NCBI GenBank assembly: GCA_965247555.1
Contig: CBDFHR010000009.1
Span: forward strand, 1,604,060 to 1,668,059
From: Dehalococcoidia bacterium
Lineage (GTDB): Bacteria; Chloroflexota; Dehalococcoidia; Lucifugimonadales; VXLM01
Direction: 5' to 3'
Length of the DNA: 64,000 nucleotides
A program made the translations under genes and the position numbers. A model generated the notes under the pieces. That model was not told the DNA's origin, did no database searches, and saw only the letters and a list, made by a program, of their open reading frames with translations. Every line of letters begins with the position of its first letter. The stretch's first letter is position 1. This document shows, piece by piece, positions 17,744 through 28,235 of the stretch.

Positions 17744-19933
17744 ATGACCGTTCAAGACGTGCGGAGCACCGGTCTGATCGACCTTTTGCTAGACAAGGCG
17801 GCCGAGTACCTGCCGCACGACAAAGTGGCCGCAGTCGAAGAGGCGTACAGGTTCGCCTCGGAAGCCCACGCCGGGCAGTTCCGCAAGTCCGGCGAGCCAT
17901 TCATCGAGCACCCGCTCAACACCGCTCTCTACTTGGCCGACCTGCGTCTCGACCACACCGGCCTAACCGCCGCGCTGCTGCACGACGTGGTCGAGGACAC
18001 TCCCGTTACGCAGGGGGAGATCTCTCAGCGCTTCGGGGAAGAAGTCGCCAAGCTGGTCGACGGCGTGACGAAGCTCACGCAGGCCGAGTTGATGAACATC
18101 GGGAGCGAGGACGAGCCGCGCCCGGTACAAAACGCGAACGACGCCGCGAGGGCCGCAAGCATCCGCAAGATGCTGATGACGATGGCCGAAGACGTGCGGG
18201 TCGTTATCATCAAGCTGGCCGACCGCCTGCACAACATGCGAACGCTCGGTTTCATGCCCGATAAACGAAGAGCGGCTATCGCGCAGGAGACTCTCGACAT
18301 CTACGCGCCCCTCGCTCACCGACTGGGCATGTGGGAGCTGAAGTGGCTGCTGGAGGACCTGGCCTTCCAGCACATCGAACCGGACGAGTACGGCAAGATT
18401 TCGAGAATGCTCGCGACCAAGCGCGAGGAGCGAGAAAGGTACATCGAACGTGTGGTGGGCATGCTCGAAGACGAGCTGAAGACAGCGGGAATACGGGCGC
18501 AAGTGTACGGGCGTCCGAAGCACATCTACAGTATCCATCGCAAGACTCAAAAGTACGACTCGTTGAACCGGACGGTCAACGACATCAACGATCTGTTCGC
18601 ACTGCGGGTGATCGTCGAAACGGTCGGCGACTGCTATGCGGCGCTCGGCATCGTGCATACGATGTGGAGGCCGCTGCAGGGCGAGTTCGACGACTACATT
18701 GCCAGTCCTAAGGACAACATGTACCAGTCTCTGCACACTGCCGTGCTGTGCGAGGACGCCTCCCCGGTGGAGATTCAGATACGAACGTCCGAGATGCACC
18801 AGCTCGCGGAGTACGGGGTCGCCGCCCATTGGCTGTACAAAGAAGGCAGCGCCGACGACCAGTCATTCGAAGAGAAGATGACGTGGCTGCGTCAGATTCT
18901 GGAGTGGCAGCGAGAGGTGGCAGGGGCAGAGGAGTTCGTTGAGGGCTTCAAGACCGACATCTTCCAGAACCAGGTCTACGTCTACACTCCCCAGGGCGAT
19001 CTCAAGGAGTTGCCGACGGGCGCGACGCCGGTGGACTTCGCCTATCGAATCCATACCGATGTCGGACACCGTTGCATCGGCGCTAAAATCAACGGCAAGC
19101 TCGTGCCGCTCCAGCATAGTCTGGAGATCGGGGACACGGTCGAGATCGTCACGAGCAAGTCGGTCCGGGGTCCGAGCCGGGACTGGCTAAGTGAAAACAA
19201 GGGATACCTGAAGACAAGCCACGCCCGCTCGAAAGTACGTCAGTGGTTCAACCGGCAGGAACGCAAGGCGAGTGTTCAAACCGGCCGAGAGGTCTTCACC
19301 CGTGAGTTCCGTCGTCTAGATACGACTATGAGCGAGAACGAGATAGCCGACTTGATGGGTTACACGAGCATCGAGGAATTCTTCGCAGGGCTGGGGAACG
19401 GTTCGCTCTCGATGCGCCAGGTTGTCGGCAAGCTGACAAGACTCGACTCGGAACCGGAAGAAGAGCAGACGATGACCGTCGCGCTCCCGGAGCCGGAGTC
19501 GGGGATAGAGGTGCTGGGTGTCGGGGACCTGCTCACGCGGATGGCGCGGTGTTGCAACCCCATAGGCGGTCACGCCATCATCGGCTATATCACGCGAGGA
19601 CGCGGGATTACGGTGCATCGTCGAACGTGCCCGAATGTCATGCGCGAAAGCGAAAGGGAAAGGCTTGTCGAGGTCGATTGGGGCAAGACAAGGACACTCT
19701 ACACCGTCCACATTCGAGTCGAGTCATGGGACCGAGTGGGCCTTTTGAGCGACGTGACTTCGCTTGTGGCGGACGAGGGAGTGAATATCGTCCACTCCAT
19801 TACCAAGCCGGAAGACGACCTCAGTATCATCAACCTCACCGTCACGGTCGAGAACATCCAGCAGTTGAACCGCCTGTTCGCCAAGATCGAGGGGGTTGTC
19901 GGCGTCCTGAGCGTCTCGCGCGTGGCCGGATAG
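17744..19933 (+). CDS. rel: bifunctional (p)ppGpp synthetase/hydrolase (RelA/SpoT homologue)
   Basis: Has an HD hydrolase motif (HDVVEDT), a synthetase core (YRSLHTAV-like YQSLHTAVL, EIQIRT), TGS (VYVYTPQGDLKELPTGATPVDFAY) and a C-terminal ACT-like domain. Confidence 0.93.
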   Translation: MTVQDVRSTGLIDLLLDKAAEYLPHDKVAAVEEAYRFASEAHAGQFRKSGEPFIEHPLNTALYLADLRLDHTGLTAALLHDVVEDTPVTQGEISQRFGEEVAKLVDGVTKLTQAELMNIGSEDEPRPVQNANDAARAASIRKMLMTMAEDVRVVIIKLADRLHNMRTLGFMPDKRRAAIAQETLDIYAPLAHRLGMWELKWLLEDLAFQHIEPDEYGKISRMLATKREERERYIERVVGMLEDELKTAGIRAQVYGRPKHIYSIHRKTQKYDSLNRTVNDINDLFALRVIVETVGDCYAALGIVHTMWRPLQGEFDDYIASPKDNMYQSLHTAVLCEDASPVEIQIRTSEMHQLAEYGVAAHWLYKEGSADDQSFEEKMTWLRQILEWQREVAGAEEFVEGFKTDIFQNQVYVYTPQGDLKELPTGATPVDFAYRIHTDVGHRCIGAKINGKLVPLQHSLEIGDTVEIVTSKSVRGPSRDWLSENKGYLKTSHARSKVRQWFNRQERKASVQTGREVFTREFRRLDTTMSENEIADLMGYTSIEEFFAGLGNGSLSMRQVVGKLTRLDSEPEEEQTMTVALPEPESGIEVLGVGDLLTRMARCCNPIGGHAIIGYITRGRGITVHRRTCPNVMRESERERLVEVDWGKTRTLYTVHIRVESWDRVGLLSDVTSLVADEGVNIVHSITKPEDDLSIINLTVTVENIQQLNRLFAKIEGVVGVLSVSRVAG

Positions 19934-19939
19934 AGCAGT

Positions 19940-20644
19940 TTACCCGATAAGCGGCGGCAACTGGTCCAGCGTCGTTATCCGGGGGCAGGAATCGTATCTT
20001 GGATAATTGCCGTCACGGTCGATGAGAATGGGGGCGATGCCTACGCTAGCCGCCCCTACTATGTCCGAACTGGGCTGGTCCCCAACCATGAGGGCCTCCT
20101 TCGCCTCGACGCCCGCGCGCATGAGCGCCGTTTCAAAGGCAAGCGGATTGGGCTTCTCAACCCCAATTTCTCCCGACGTGACGGCGAAATCGACGTGATT
20201 GGAAAGCCCCAAGTCGTCCAAGAGATCGACACCGCGCATGTTCATGTTGGAAATGAGACCCAGGATCATTCGTCGCGCTCTCAGCACAATCAAGGTTGGG
20301 ACCACATCGTCGAACGGCGTCAGTGCCGAGGGCGCGTCGCTGAGACGGTTGAATACCTCAAGGGCAAGATCGGGCGCAACGTCGATCCCGCATCCTTGAA
20401 GGATCAGACGCTCGTACTCGGCAAAGAACTCGTCCCTACCCTTCTTATCGCGGAGGCGTAAGGGTCGGGAGGCGTTCTCGGCGGTCATGAAGGCGTCGGC
20501 GCTGGCGTATCCCTTCAGGATGCCTTCGGGTGTGACCGCGTTTCCCAGGTCGAAGGCAGCACACGCCTGTTTCTGAAGCTGGTAGCGGGACGGTGTCCAC
20601 CCAGCGATGGTGCCGTATACGTCGAAGAGGACTGCTCGAATCAT
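19940..20644 (-). CDS. HAD-superfamily hydrolase
   Basis: Motif I is AVLFDVYGT. A motif III/IV-like sequence MVGDQPSSDI is also present. Confidence 0.8.
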   Translation of the reverse strand: MIRAVLFDVYGTIAGWTPSRYQLQKQACAAFDLGNAVTPEGILKGYASADAFMTAENASRPLRLRDKKGRDEFFAEYERLILQGCGIDVAPDLALEVFNRLSDAPSALTPFDDVVPTLIVLRARRMILGLISNMNMRGVDLLDDLGLSNHVDFAVTSGEIGVEKPNPLAFETALMRAGVEAKEALMVGDQPSSDIVGAASVGIAPILIDRDGNYPRYDSCPRITTLDQLPPLIG

Positions 20645-20855
20645 GGTGGCCTCATAGTATCAAAGCAGCCCGATACGAATCGAGTGTGTGAACGACCGTC
20701 ATTCGCCATCGTCCAGACGGCAACTGCGTCGCTGCAATCACGAAGCGGACCCTCCCAACGACCTTCGGGTCTTGAGAATACCTGGGCGAAATCAACCTTG
20801 TTCGCCTTCAGGCCAGCAACTATAATGAAAAAGATTCCGTCCAACTGTTAGAACT

Positions 20856-21992
20856 ATGACAACAAGCAAACGCGACTACTATCAAGTGCTGGGCGTGGGC
20901 CGGGGTGCCTCCGACGAGGAGATCAAGAAGGCCTTCCGTAAGCTCGCCATGGAGTATCACCCCGACCGCAACAAAGACGCGGCGGCGAGTGAGCGATTCA
21001 AGGAAATCAACGAGGCCTATCAGGTGCTCAGCGATTCCAAGAAGCGCAGCAGCTACGACACTTTCGGCCATGCCGGTGTGAACACGAACGGCGGAGGGTT
21101 CGACGGGTTCGAGAACTTCGGCGGCTTCGGAGACATCTTCGACGCCTTCTTCGGTGGGTCGACGCGCCGATCCGCAACGTCCGCGCGACGCGGGGCCGAC
21201 CTGCAGGTCGATATCTCCATCGACTTCGAGAAAGCGGTCTTCGGGGCCGACGAGGAGATCGAGATCCGGCGCAGCGAGATCTGCTCCCGCTGCCGGGGCG
21301 CGCGCTCGGAGCCCGGAACGTCCCCGGACACCTGCGTTCAGTGCCGGGGGACAGGGCAGGTGCGAAGAAGCCAGCAGGGCATCTTCGGCCAGTTTACGCA
21401 GGTCTCGACATGCACCATGTGTCGAGGCGAGGGTCATGTCATCACGTCGCCCTGCTCAAACTGCCGCGGCGCGGGAACGGAGATGCGCGACCGCAAGCTG
21501 GTCGTTACCATTCCCGCGGGGATCGAGACGAGTACCCAGATTCGATTGTCGGGCGAGGGCGAACCGGGCATGTACGGCGGATCGGCAGGCGACCTGTACG
21601 TGATCGTTCGGGTACGCGACCACAAGCTCTTCCGGCGCCGGGGATACGACATCGTCTATATCCTGAACATCAACATCGCTCAGGCAGCATTGGGACTTTC
21701 GCTCGACGTGCCGACCCTACAAGGAGACGAGGAGATCGAAATCCCCAGGGGAACGCAGTCCGGCGACGTCATTCGACTTAGGGGCAGGGGGATCCCCCAT
21801 CTTGGCAACAAGCGAATGCGCGGCGATCAGCTGGTAACCGTGATCGTGGAGACTCCAAAGTCCCTCACCGATGAGCAGCGCGAGTTGCTCTTGCAGCTTG
21901 CCGAGACCTTTGACGATGGCTCCGACGAGTACCGCGACAGAGCCGATGGCTGGTTTGATAAGCTCAAGCACACCCTCGGCACTGACGAGTAG
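20856..21992 (+). CDS. dnaJ: molecular chaperone DnaJ
   Basis: J domain (DYYQVLGV...HPDRN), a G/F region and four CxxCxGxG zinc motifs. dnaK and grpE are not adjacent. Confidence 0.95.
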   Translation: MTTSKRDYYQVLGVGRGASDEEIKKAFRKLAMEYHPDRNKDAAASERFKEINEAYQVLSDSKKRSSYDTFGHAGVNTNGGGFDGFENFGGFGDIFDAFFGGSTRRSATSARRGADLQVDISIDFEKAVFGADEEIEIRRSEICSRCRGARSEPGTSPDTCVQCRGTGQVRRSQQGIFGQFTQVSTCTMCRGEGHVITSPCSNCRGAGTEMRDRKLVVTIPAGIETSTQIRLSGEGEPGMYGGSAGDLYVIVRVRDHKLFRRRGYDIVYILNINIAQAALGLSLDVPTLQGDEEIEIPRGTQSGDVIRLRGRGIPHLGNKRMRGDQLVTVIVETPKSLTDEQRELLLQLAETFDDGSDEYRDRADGWFDKLKHTLGTDE

Positions 21993-22022
21993 TCCTCCGG
22001 TGCGGTAGAGGTAGAAGCGTCG

Positions 22023-22826
22023 TCAGTCTCTCGCGGCTGTGGCCCATGCGCCAAGCGCCATGTAGCCCCCGTCGACGTTGACGTTCTCGCCGGTCATAAA
22101 GCTGGCCTTGTCGCTGGCGAGGAAGAGCACCGCATTCGCGATATCCTGTCCTGTCCCCACCCGCCCGATGGGATGGGCCGCTCCCCACTGGCCGACGACC
22201 TCTTCCGGGTCTCCGCCCACCACCCCCGCCGCGGCCCTAAGCATGGGCGTGTCGATGCTGCCGGGACACACTGCCAGCACGCGGATGTTGTCCTTGGCGT
22301 AGTCGAGCGACATCTGGCGCGTGAGCGAGAGAATTCCGCCCTTGCTCGCCGCGTAGGGAGGCACGAGCGGCTGCGACTGCAAGCCCTGAACACTCGCGGT
22401 GTTGATAATCACCCCGCCACCGCGCTTGCGCATTTCGGGAATCGCATACTTCGACATGAGAAAGCAACTCTTGAGGTTTACGCCGATGATGCGGTCCCAC
22501 AGGGTCTCCGGCGTGTCTTCTACGTTCACATACGACGCGGGAGGCTGAATGCCAACGTTGTTGAACAGGATGTCGACACCGCCGAATCGCTCGACCGTCG
22601 CCTCCACGACGCGCCTGCAGTCTGACGAGTCCGACACGTCTGCCTCGAGCAAAAGCCCTTCGCCGCCGAGACGCTCCACCTCGGCCACGGCCGCCTCTCC
22701 CGCCTCGCGGTTCACGTCGGCAATGGTGACCATCGCCCCTTCCTTGGCGAACTCCCAGGCCGTCGCCTGCCCGATGCCAAGCGCGCCCCCGGTGATGATG
22801 ACAACCTTCCCGCCGAAACTCGCCAT
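22023..22826 (-). CDS. SDR family oxidoreductase
   Basis: ATG 22826 is preceded by GGAGG. Contains TGGALGIG, NNVG and YAASKGG (YxxxK). Confidence 0.88.
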   Translation of the reverse strand: MASFGGKVVIITGGALGIGQATAWEFAKEGAMVTIADVNREAGEAAVAEVERLGGEGLLLEADVSDSSDCRRVVEATVERFGGVDILFNNVGIQPPASYVNVEDTPETLWDRIIGVNLKSCFLMSKYAIPEMRKRGGGVIINTASVQGLQSQPLVPPYAASKGGILSLTRQMSLDYAKDNIRVLAVCPGSIDTPMLRAAAGVVGGDPEEVVGQWGAAHPIGRVGTGQDIANAVLFLASDKASFMTGENVNVDGGYMALGAWATAARD

Positions 22827-22981
22827 GCTCCCCTCCTGACAGTCATTCGTAGGGCGAGTATAGGCGTGGGGTGTGAGACCGTCAAACTCCGGTGGAGACA
22901 ATGGCCGCCGCTTGCCCCTCGTTGTCAAAACACGCCGCGCGCGCGTATCATGCAGCCACATGCCTTCGGGGGTGACTGCAC

Positions 22982-23749
22982 GTGATCGTAGACTCTCATA
23001 CTCACGCGGGAACAAGCTGGTTCGAGCCGGTCGAAACGCTGATCCACCAGATGGACGCGAACGGCGTTCAAAAGGCCGTCCTCATTCAGCACGGCGGCAT
23101 GTACGACAACGCCTACCTGCTGGACTGCGCCGCGCGCCACAATGGACGGTTCTCGGTCGTCGGCATGGTCGACGAGGCATCCCTCTCCGCGCCGGATGAT
23201 CTGGCCGGCTGGGCCGAGCGTGGGGTCTCCGGAGTACGTCTGACGCCAAGCTCGCCCGAGACGCTGTGGAAAGCCGCCTCCGAGACGGGCCTCACCGTAA
23301 GCTGTCGTCAGGACGTGGGGGCGTTTGCCTCGGGGCAGTTCGCCGAGCTCGTCGATAGGCTACCGGAACCAGTCCCAGTCGTCGTCGAGCACTTCGCCGG
23401 GGCAACCGCCGACATGGAGGAGCCGTACGAAGAATTCGGCCAGGCCTTAGAAATCGCCCAACTGGCAAACGTCTACATCAAGCTGGGCGGACTCGGTGAG
23501 ATCAGCCGTCGCCCGCCGACCCTTGCACCTGACTTCCGCTTCGACTATACCCCGCCGTTCGTTGAGATGATTCTCGATGCGTTCGGTCCCAAGCGCACGA
23601 TGTGGGGGAGCGATTACCCCCCGGTCGGCAACCGCGAGGGCTACCGCAACGCCCTGCGCGCCATCATGGACGACCCCCTGCTCAGCGACCCCCAGAACCG
23701 CAACTGGGTAATGGGACGCACCGCGTCCGGCGTCTTCAGGTTCCTGTAG
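22982..23749 (+). CDS. amidohydrolase-2 (ACMSD-like) family metal hydrolase
   Basis: GTG start. The N-terminus is IVDSHTH and the C-terminal motif is WGSDYP. Confidence 0.75.
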   Translation: MIVDSHTHAGTSWFEPVETLIHQMDANGVQKAVLIQHGGMYDNAYLLDCAARHNGRFSVVGMVDEASLSAPDDLAGWAERGVSGVRLTPSSPETLWKAASETGLTVSCRQDVGAFASGQFAELVDRLPEPVPVVVEHFAGATADMEEPYEEFGQALEIAQLANVYIKLGGLGEISRRPPTLAPDFRFDYTPPFVEMILDAFGPKRTMWGSDYPPVGNREGYRNALRAIMDDPLLSDPQNRNWVMGRTASGVFRFL

Positions 23750-23753
23750 GCGT

Positions 23754-24962
23754 ATGGGCCAACACGGTGTTTTGACCGACGACCTCAACGCCTTCGCCAA
23801 CTTGGACGTCCACGTTCCGGGTGCTCCTGACGGGCCGCTGTCCGGCATGACCTTCGCCGCGAAGGACATCTTTGACGTAGAGGGCCACGTGACCGGCGGG
23901 GGCAACCCCGACTGGCAGCGCACGCACGGGCCCGCCGAAAGTACCGCGCCAGCCGTCCAAGCGCTGCTCGACGCGGGCGCGACGCTCGTCGGGAAGACGC
24001 ACACCGACGAGCTAACTCGCGGCATCCTGGGCCGGAACCCGCACTACGGCACGCCCGTGAACCCCGCGGCTCCCGGTCGCGTCCCCGGCGGATCGTCCAG
24101 CGGGTCGGCGTCGGCGGTGGCGGGCGGTGTTGTCGACTTCGCGCTCGGCTCCGACACCGGAGGCTCCGTGCGGATGCCTTCCAGCTTCTGCGGTCTGTAC
24201 GGTATGCGACCGACCCATGGCCGCATATCGCTCGACGGCGTGCTCCCCCAAGCATCCAGCTTCGACACGGTCGGGTGGTTCGCGCGTAACGCCGAAACGT
24301 TCGAGCGAGCCGGGCGAGTGCTGCTGCAGTCGACCGCAACGGGTACCACGCCCAAACGCCTCATCGTAGCGAAGGACCTCTTCGAGGTGGTCGACGAGAA
24401 CGTCCGCGAGGCGCTATCCCCCGTTGTCGATGTCATTGCCGGAATGGTCGGCAACCAAACGACCGTGCGCGTGTCGCCGGAGGGCATCGACTGCTGGATG
24501 ACGCACCAGAGAACTCTGCAGATGCGTGAAGCGTGGGACACGCAGCGGGACTGGATCGAGCAGACAAATCCGCGCCTCGCGTTCGAGGTCGCCATACGCT
24601 ATCTGGCCGGAATGTCGGTAACCGCAGATCAGGTGGCCGCGAGCAACGCCGTGCGCCAAGAGGTCAGGAGCAGAGTGAACGACCTGCTGGGCGACGGCGC
24701 GATCATCTGTATGCCATCGTCGCCCGCGCCCGCGCCCCTGCCCGATATGCCCGTTCCCGAGCGCCAAGAGCTGGGTGTGCGTATCGGTCGTCTCACGTGC
24801 ATCGGCGGCATGACCGGGTGCCCGCAGATCAACCTTCCCCTCGCAACCGTGGACGGCCTGCCGGTGGGCCTCTCGCTCATGGGCGCGCGTGGAGCAGACG
24901 AGACGCTGATGCGTTTCGCCGTGGAGGTGGCGGAAGAATGCACAGGTCGCTCTGGTGACTGA
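23754..24962 (+). CDS. amidase (amidase-signature family)
   Basis: GGSSSGSASAVAGG signature with a conserved upstream Lys region (FAAKDIFDVEG). Confidence 0.88.
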   Translation: MGQHGVLTDDLNAFANLDVHVPGAPDGPLSGMTFAAKDIFDVEGHVTGGGNPDWQRTHGPAESTAPAVQALLDAGATLVGKTHTDELTRGILGRNPHYGTPVNPAAPGRVPGGSSSGSASAVAGGVVDFALGSDTGGSVRMPSSFCGLYGMRPTHGRISLDGVLPQASSFDTVGWFARNAETFERAGRVLLQSTATGTTPKRLIVAKDLFEVVDENVREALSPVVDVIAGMVGNQTTVRVSPEGIDCWMTHQRTLQMREAWDTQRDWIEQTNPRLAFEVAIRYLAGMSVTADQVAASNAVRQEVRSRVNDLLGDGAIICMPSSPAPAPLPDMPVPERQELGVRIGRLTCIGGMTGCPQINLPLATVDGLPVGLSLMGARGADETLMRFAVEVAEECTGRSGD

Positions 24963-25862
24963 CAAGACCGCTTACCCTCTCTCAGGCGTCGTCCCGATCA
25001 TCCATACGGCGTGGACGGAGGACGACCGGATCGACTTCCCGTCCCTCGAACGGCTCATCGAGCGGAGCATCGAGGACGGCGTGTCGGGCTGCATCATGCC
25101 CGCCGTCGCCAGCGAGGTCTCCAAGCTCTCCGACGAGGAGCGAACGAGGTTCGTTGAACAGGTCATCCGCATGGTCGATGGCCGAATCCACGTGACGGCC
25201 GGCGTAAGCGACCCCGACGTGCGGCGTTCCCAGCGCCTCGCGCGTCACGCGGTGGATAGCGGGGGCCGACGGAGTCCTGTGCCAGGCGCCGATGGACATC
25301 ATCGAGGACAAGGAGCAAGTCAAGGCCTTCATGCACGAGGTCGCGAATGTCGACCTGCCCATGCTCATGATCCAGGACCTGCAGTGGAACGGCTACGGCA
25401 TGGGCCTCGACACCATCCGCGAGCTGTGGGAGGAGATCGACTCGTTCCAGTGCCTCAAGCTGGAGACCGTGCCCGCAGGGTACAAGATGACGCAGATCAT
25501 CGAGGCGACGGACGGCGTGATGCCGGTCGGTACCGGCTGGTCGCTACCGCAGCTGATCGAGGCGCTCGACCGCGGCACGAGCTTCGTCACCACCACGGCG
25601 ATAAACAAGCCGTTCGTCCACATCCTCCGACACTACCCGCGCGGGGAACCGCGAGGAGGCCGCCGCGCTGTTCACCCGAACGCTGCCCTACTTGGCATGG
25701 GCGCACCAGCGCATCGACATATCGGTCCACTTCTACAAGCTCTACTCACACCGCCGCGGCCTGTTCACGACGGCGCGCGCCCGCCAACCGATCCTCCCGT
25801 TCGACGCCTACCACCTGCGCGTCGCCAACGAGATCATCGAGTTCGAGGATAGCTTGGGTTAG
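24955..25862 (+). CDS. dihydrodipicolinate synthase/N-acetylneuraminate lyase family (DapA-like) protein; two frameshifts in this assembly
   Basis: The coding signal passes through three frames: ...HAVDSG | ADGVLCQAPMDIIEDKEQ... | ...HILRHY | RAGNREEAAALFTRTLPYLAW...EDSLG*. The breaks lie at G5 (25261-25265) and C3 (25636-25638). True stop TAG at 25860-25862. Confidence 0.7.
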
Positions 25863-25924
25863 CTCCGATTAGAAGCGGTTCTCGAAGGATTCTGACCCAC
25901 ACAGGCAATGTGTGGGATCGAGAC

Positions 25925-26299
25925 TTAGGTACCCGGCTCGATCGCACCATCGTCCAAGAGAATGAGGTACGGCTCGCCGAACTGGTTCGGACTTGCGAGG
26001 TCCCATTCCTCATCCAGTCCTGCCGGTCTGAGACGAACGCCCCAGTCACCCCCGTAGACGAGATGCGCCCTCGCCTGACCGGAGTCTGAGACGGGCGCGT
26101 ACGCCGCTTCGACTGGCGTGCCGTCGCCATCGCTGCTCCAGCCGGTCACCTCGTAGACGCCGTGAGGACGGTCCGGGTCTTCGAGGAGGACGCGACTGAT
26201 CGGCCGTGACTCGGCCTGCGGCTCGTAGACCTGCATGGGCATGTAGTCGCAGTTCTCGTTGTCCTCGACCTCGATATAGATGTACTCGTAAGTGGACAT
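25925..26299 (-). CDS. hypothetical protein
   Basis: The ORF runs from ATG 26299 (MSTYEYIYIEVED...). The longer track ORF would overlap fabI. No family recognised. Confidence 0.5.
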   Translation of the reverse strand: MSTYEYIYIEVEDNENCDYMPMQVYEPQAESRPISRVLLEDPDRPHGVYEVTGWSSDGDGTPVEAAYAPVSDSGQARAHLVYGGDWGVRLRPAGLDEEWDLASPNQFGEPYLILLDDGAIEPGT

Positions 26300-26334
26300 G
26301 GGGGAGTGCTCGTTAGGGGACGTAGACGGCGGGC

Positions 26335-27111
26335 TCAGATCCCCATGATGTTGTAGCCGGTGTCGACGTGGACGATCTCGCCCGTGACGCCGCTCGACAG
26401 GTCGCTGCACAGGAACAGGGCCGTCTTGGCGACCTCATCGGACGTGATGTTGCGCTTCATGGGCGACCGCTCGGCGTGGACGCGCTTCATGTCGCGGTAC
26501 TTGCTGATGACGCGTGATGAGAGGGTGTCGAGCGGTCCGGCCGATATGGCGTTCACCCGCACGTTCTGCTCACCGAGGTCGGATGCGAGCTGCTTTACGG
26601 CGTTCTCCAGCGCGGCCTTCGCCGTACCCATCACGTTGTACCCCGGGAAGACACGCTCCGCCGCCTGGAAGGTCATCGCGAGGATGCTGCCTCCTTCAGT
26701 CATGTAGCCTGAAGCGTACCGCGCGATGGGTATGAGCGAGTAGGCGCTGACGTCAAGGGCTGTGCGAAACCCCTCGCGGCCCGTCTTCATGTAGGCCCCG
26801 CCAAGGTCGTCACGGTCGGCAAAGGCGATGGAGTGGACGACGAGATCGATCTTCCCAAACCTGTCGCCCACCTGCTGAATCGCGCCCTCGACGTTGGCGT
26901 CGTCGCTCACGTCGCACTCGATGGTCTGCGTGTCGCCTCCCCAATCGGCGACCAGCTTTTCGACGCCGCCACGCACTCGCTCGTTCTGGTAAGCGACTGC
27001 AAGCTCGGCGCCGGCTTGATGCAGTATGTGCGCGATGGCCCACGCGATGCTCCGGTGGTTCGCGATGCCGAACACGATGCCGGTCTTTCCTCTCAAGTCA
27101 ATCGGGTACAT
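26335..27111 (-). CDS. fabI: enoyl-[acyl-carrier-protein] reductase (NADH)
   Basis: Contains GKTGIVFGIANHRSIAWAIA, and YNVMGTAKAALE (the Y-x6-K region). Start ATG 27111 (MYPIDLRGK). Confidence 0.88.
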   Translation of the reverse strand: MYPIDLRGKTGIVFGIANHRSIAWAIAHILHQAGAELAVAYQNERVRGGVEKLVADWGGDTQTIECDVSDDANVEGAIQQVGDRFGKIDLVVHSIAFADRDDLGGAYMKTGREGFRTALDVSAYSLIPIARYASGYMTEGGSILAMTFQAAERVFPGYNVMGTAKAALENAVKQLASDLGEQNVRVNAISAGPLDTLSSRVISKYRDMKRVHAERSPMKRNITSDEVAKTALFLCSDLSSGVTGEIVHVDTGYNIMGI

Positions 27112-27149
27112 GGCTCCGTCCTGCTGCTTCGTATGGAGTGGTATTTTCC

Positions 27150-28235
27150 CGCGCATTGTAGACAGCACTAGGGCAAACGTAAAGGTGAAGGTCATACTGT
27201 AGAGGCGTGTTCCGAGCGTCGCACTGAGGTTGACATCCATAGATCAATCTGATAACGATTCATGCCACCCATTGATGAGATTCACAATATTCTTACATTT
27301 GCTATATGTGAGTCGAACCTAATCTCGAAAAACGAATAAGTTCCCCTCACGTCAAGACACGTGATAGTTCGTGCGGCAGCGCAGCGGCGAAAGTGAAGCT
27401 ATCGTTAACCATGAGTTAGACGAGGAGGAAATCACATGTGGTCTATATTGTCGAACCTTAAGAAGTCAGTGGTATTGGCGCCCGTGGCCATCATTCTGAT
27501 GCTGGCCATGGGATGTGGGACTGCGGAGCCCGCGCCCGCTGCCGTGCCAGCATCGGAAATCGCCGCCATGGTGCGAGAAGCCGTTCAAGATTCCGTGCCG
27601 GCGCCGGCCGAGGCGGGTCCGAGCGCGGCGGAGATCCAGCAATTGATCGAAGCGGCGGTTTCAAACGCGCCTGCGGGAGTGACTGCCGCCGAGGTCCAGA
27701 GATTGGTTCAAGGGGCGGTTTCAAACGCGCCTACGGGGGTGACTGCCGCGGAGGTCCAGCGAGCTGTCGAAAGCTCCGTCCAGCAAGCGGCGGCCGGGCA
27801 GCTCACGGCAGCCCAGGTACAGACCATCGTGGACGCGTCCATCAGGTCCCTCCCTGCGCCTCAGGTCGATACAGGGCAGTTGCGGGGCCTCGTGCAAGCC
27901 GCTGTCCAGGAGTCCGTTCCCAAGGGCACGAGCGCCGAGGAGATCCGAAGGATGGTGGAAGCGGCGGTGACGGCAACAACAGCCGGCGCGGTAACACGCG
28001 GCGACATGGAAGCTCTGATCACCAAGTCGGTGAGCGATGTCGCGGCGGGACAGCTGAGCACGTCGGACGTCGAGAAGATCGTGGCCGCTTCCCTATCGGC
28101 GACAGAGCGAGCGATTGAGGCGACGGAGAAGGCCGTTGCGGAAGCTGGGATGGCGGCGATGGCGGCGCAGGCGGCGGCCGAGAAGGCCGTAGAGGAAGCA
28201 CAAATGGCAGCGGCAGCGGCGATGCCTGCGCCGGT
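27150..28235 (+). repeat. copy A of duplicated promoter + 5' leader + N-terminal tether module
   Basis: Aligns by eye with 30526-31615 with only scattered substitutions and one 12-nt indel. Downstream of this block the two genes diverge strongly. Confidence 0.8.
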
